Source: a bacterium (GTDB taxonomy: Bacteria > UBA8248). Taken from it: a stretch of 64,000 bases of DNA. Where the stretch lies: contig OY843592.1 of assembly GCA_963692865.2 (NCBI GenBank), positions 1,824,001-1,888,000 on the forward strand, read 5' to 3'. Below the pieces are notes generated by a model. That model was not told the origin of the DNA, ran no database searches, and was given only the letters and a program-made list of their open reading frames with translations. The translations under genes were made by a program, and so were the position numbers. Within the stretch, counting starts at the first letter, position 1; every line of letters begins with the position of its first letter. Of the stretch, positions 61,679-64,000 are shown one piece after another.

Positions 61679-62307
61679 GTCGAAGACATGGTCGAGGAAT
61701 TAAATCACGGACCGTAAAGAGCCATGAATTACGGATTGTGTTTATTGGCTGTTTGATGATGACGATGCTTTCTGGTTGCAACTTCGTTGTGATGCAAGCT
61801 GATTACCAAGAGGATAAAGACCAAAATCAAAAGGAAATCGGCGTGATCCGTAGCCAGCTGCTTGCGCACACGCGAATCTTGGCGAATCATGGCAAATCAT
61901 TAAACGAGTTCAAACTGCAGCTTCGAGATGCGGTATCGAATGTTGAGAAAACTGTGAAGGGATTAAAGGCGAAACCCAACCAGATGATGGTTTCTCCAAA
62001 GTCGGGTCGCCAAAAAGAATCTGCTGGAAAACCGGTCAGTCGAAACCGAATGCGTGAAGAGACCAGGTATATCCGCCGCACATATAAAGGGTTGTCGCTG
62101 AGTTATGCGGGGGGGTATAACGAGCCGCGTGGTTCTCGTTATCCCTACAAACTCGACCCGGGAACGCAGGTAGCCGTTATTTCCGGCGACCGGCGTGGTT
62201 TTACCAGAGTGGAGGTGAAGTCAGGCCGCTGGGCGGGAAAGAAAATGTGGGTGCGCACCCGCTGGCTTACGGAGGAGGCTCCAAAGCGTATGGGCGGCAA
62301 AAGTTGA
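61675..62307 (+). CDS. putative lipoprotein (coiled coil plus SH3-like C-terminus)
   Basis: Lipobox LSGC; C-terminal L.PGTQV.VI...GF.RV...G...WV...WL. Confidence 0.6.
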   Translation: MSRRHGRGIKSRTVKSHELRIVFIGCLMMTMLSGCNFVVMQADYQEDKDQNQKEIGVIRSQLLAHTRILANHGKSLNEFKLQLRDAVSNVEKTVKGLKAKPNQMMVSPKSGRQKESAGKPVSRNRMREETRYIRRTYKGLSLSYAGGYNEPRGSRYPYKLDPGTQVAVISGDRRGFTRVEVKSGRWAGKKMWVRTRWLTEEAPKRMGGKS

Positions 62308-62309
62308 TT

Positions 62310-63485
62310 CTATAGTTTTCTGAGTCCCTCGCTGAGGTCGTCTCGTAAAACCTCGAAGTCCTCGAGTCCCACGGAATATCGAATCAATCCTGCGGAAATA
62401 CCCCGATTCTCGGCGCCTTCTGTACCTATATCCGCATACGCCATCTTTACGTGATGCTCCACTTGGCTCTCCGTTCCGCCGAAGCCGGGCGCGAGAACGG
62501 GTATCTGAAGAGCGTTCACCAACTCGTCGGCTTTGTCGGGATTGCCGCCGAGCTCGAAGCTGACTATCCCGCCGAACGCCGCCATGTACTTTACGGCTCT
62601 TTGATGATCCGGGTGAGACTCGAGACCTGGATAGTGAACCCGGGAGACTTTGGGGTGGCCAGTAAGAAATTCGGCCAGCTTGAGAGCCGTGTCGCTGATG
62701 CGCAGGACGCGTAATTCGAGCGTTTTGAGTCCACGCTCCACCAGGAACGCCTCTTGCGGCCCGAGAATGGAACCCAGCAATGCCTGTTGTTCGCGTAGGG
62801 CGTCGATTATGCCCCGGCGGCCTGAGACCGCTCCCGCCACAACGTCGTTGTGTCCGCCGATATACTTCGTCGCGCTTTGAACCGCTAAATCGGCCCCATG
62901 CTCCAGCGGGCGAAATAGGATGGGGGACGCAATGGTTGAGTCCACGATGAACCTGGCATTTTTTTGTCGGGCCCATTCGGCCATTTTTTCGACATCCGGT
63001 ATGCGGAGTGTAGGGTTGGAGGGAATTTCCGTGAACAATACCCGGACCGGGTCTTCCGGAAGGGATTCCAGAGATTCGGCCGTATTCTCCGCCGGAATTT
63101 CGACGCGTACCCCGTAGCGGGTCAGGAGACCCTCTGCGATGTCCCTCGTATGTCGGTAGCTCTCCTGCGGGATGACGATTCGCGCATTAGGCGCCAGGAG
63201 CGAGAGGAATATCGAGGAGACGGCCGCCATGCCGCTGGCGTAGAGCAGGGAGGTTTCCGCGCTTTCCATGAGGGCGAGCCTGCGTTCTGCGGCTTCGTTC
63301 GTCGGGTTTCCGTATCGTGAATAGAAAAACGCGTCCGACTCGCCGCCATGATAGGCTTCCAGTTCGTCCGAACCGTCGAAGGTGAACGTCGCAGTCTGGA
63401 AGATAGGCGGCGCGAGCGATTTTTTCGCCTGATTTCGCTCGTCCCTTCTCATGTTTTTCGACAATGGGATCAACTCCTGTTTCAT
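62310..63485 (-). CDS. metB: cystathionine gamma-synthase/lyase family PLP enzyme
   Basis: PPIFQTATF, YSRYGNPT, SATKYIGGHND, IRYSVGLED. Confidence 0.85.
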   Translation of the reverse strand: MKQELIPLSKNMRRDERNQAKKSLAPPIFQTATFTFDGSDELEAYHGGESDAFFYSRYGNPTNEAAERRLALMESAETSLLYASGMAAVSSIFLSLLAPNARIVIPQESYRHTRDIAEGLLTRYGVRVEIPAENTAESLESLPEDPVRVLFTEIPSNPTLRIPDVEKMAEWARQKNARFIVDSTIASPILFRPLEHGADLAVQSATKYIGGHNDVVAGAVSGRRGIIDALREQQALLGSILGPQEAFLVERGLKTLELRVLRISDTALKLAEFLTGHPKVSRVHYPGLESHPDHQRAVKYMAAFGGIVSFELGGNPDKADELVNALQIPVLAPGFGGTESQVEHHVKMAYADIGTEGAENRGISAGLIRYSVGLEDFEVLRDDLSEGLRKL

Positions 63486-63518
63486 CGGCGCAGCGAAACG
63501 ATGAAACCCGAACGGGCG

Positions 63519-64000
63519 CTAGGTTACGGACAATGCGCCGAGTCTCTTTTCGATGGCGTCTCGAACCATGTCGATGTCCTCAGGAAGCTCAATGGGAGTG
63601 TTGGCGAAACGGCTGTCGACGCTCGGAATTGCTTGTTGATGATAATTGACCTTGAATTCGGTGAACTTCAGGCCATGAGCCGTAGAGATGACCACCACCC
63701 GAGTCTTGGGATTGATTTCTCCGCGCTCGATGATTTTTTCGAGAGCGGCCAGCGCTACGCCTGTCTGGGGACAGTTGTACATTCCGGTTCTGTCCGCGCG
63801 CGCGGCGGCGTTCGCCAACTCCTCCTCGCTCGCCTGCTCCACGGAGCCCTCGAACGCCTTGAGCGTCCGGACGGCTCTCTCGATGCTCACCGGATTCCCG
63901 ATCTGGATGGCCGTCGCCAGCGTCGGTTCGGCCTCTATCGGGTGGAATTCGCGGAACCCGGTCATGAAGCTTCTGTAGAGGGGGTTGGCCTTTTCGGTCT
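63519..64000 (-). CDS. thrC: threonine synthase, C-terminal part (runs off window)
   Basis: [13 protein letters not shown] and [11 protein letters not shown]. Confidence 0.88.
   Translation of the reverse strand, partial: TEKANPLYRSFMTGFREFHPIEAEPTLATAIQIGNPVSIERAVRTLKAFEGSVEQASEEELANAAARADRTGMYNCPQTGVALAALEKIIERGEINPKTRVVVISTAHGLKFTEFKVNYHQQAIPSVDSRFANTPIELPEDIDMVRDAIEKRLGALSVT

Overview
GC-rich bacterial chromosomal window from a Gram-negative organism (kdsB-pyrG-kdsA, LPS glycosyltransferases, TonB-dependent receptor). The left half (about 1-33 kb) is accessory and repeat-rich. It holds an IS110/IS1111-type element cut by the window edge, dense REP/MITE mosaics in most intergenic spaces, a surface-lipoprotein locus with a degenerate paralogous copy, a B12 uptake operon behind two cobalamin riboswitches, and many catabolic genes, including two tandem CocE/NonD hydrolases. 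The right half is mostly housekeeping: tRNA-Arg(CCG), nth, ino1, moeB, a triple beta-hydroxyacid dehydrogenase operon, LPS/Kdo genes, metB and thrC. It also contains an AT-richer M.PvuII-like methyltransferase plus HNH nuclease pair. The most unusual signal lies at 6.4-11.1 kb. The lipoprotein gene has a ~590-nt leader with two paralogous 12-codon uORFs (MKRYATKPPPVS, MKKCAVKPPPTS). Each uORF starts from a copy of the gene's own ribosome-binding region and ends in an anti-SD arm. Each of the two gene copies is also followed by a convergently promoted ~105-nt structured RNA. These RNAs have a covarying closing stem and display the same GAGGACUCAAA motif in their apical hairpin. I interpret this as a candidate undescribed RNA/leader-peptide control system. 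All calls were made by eye; no searches or folding programs were run.
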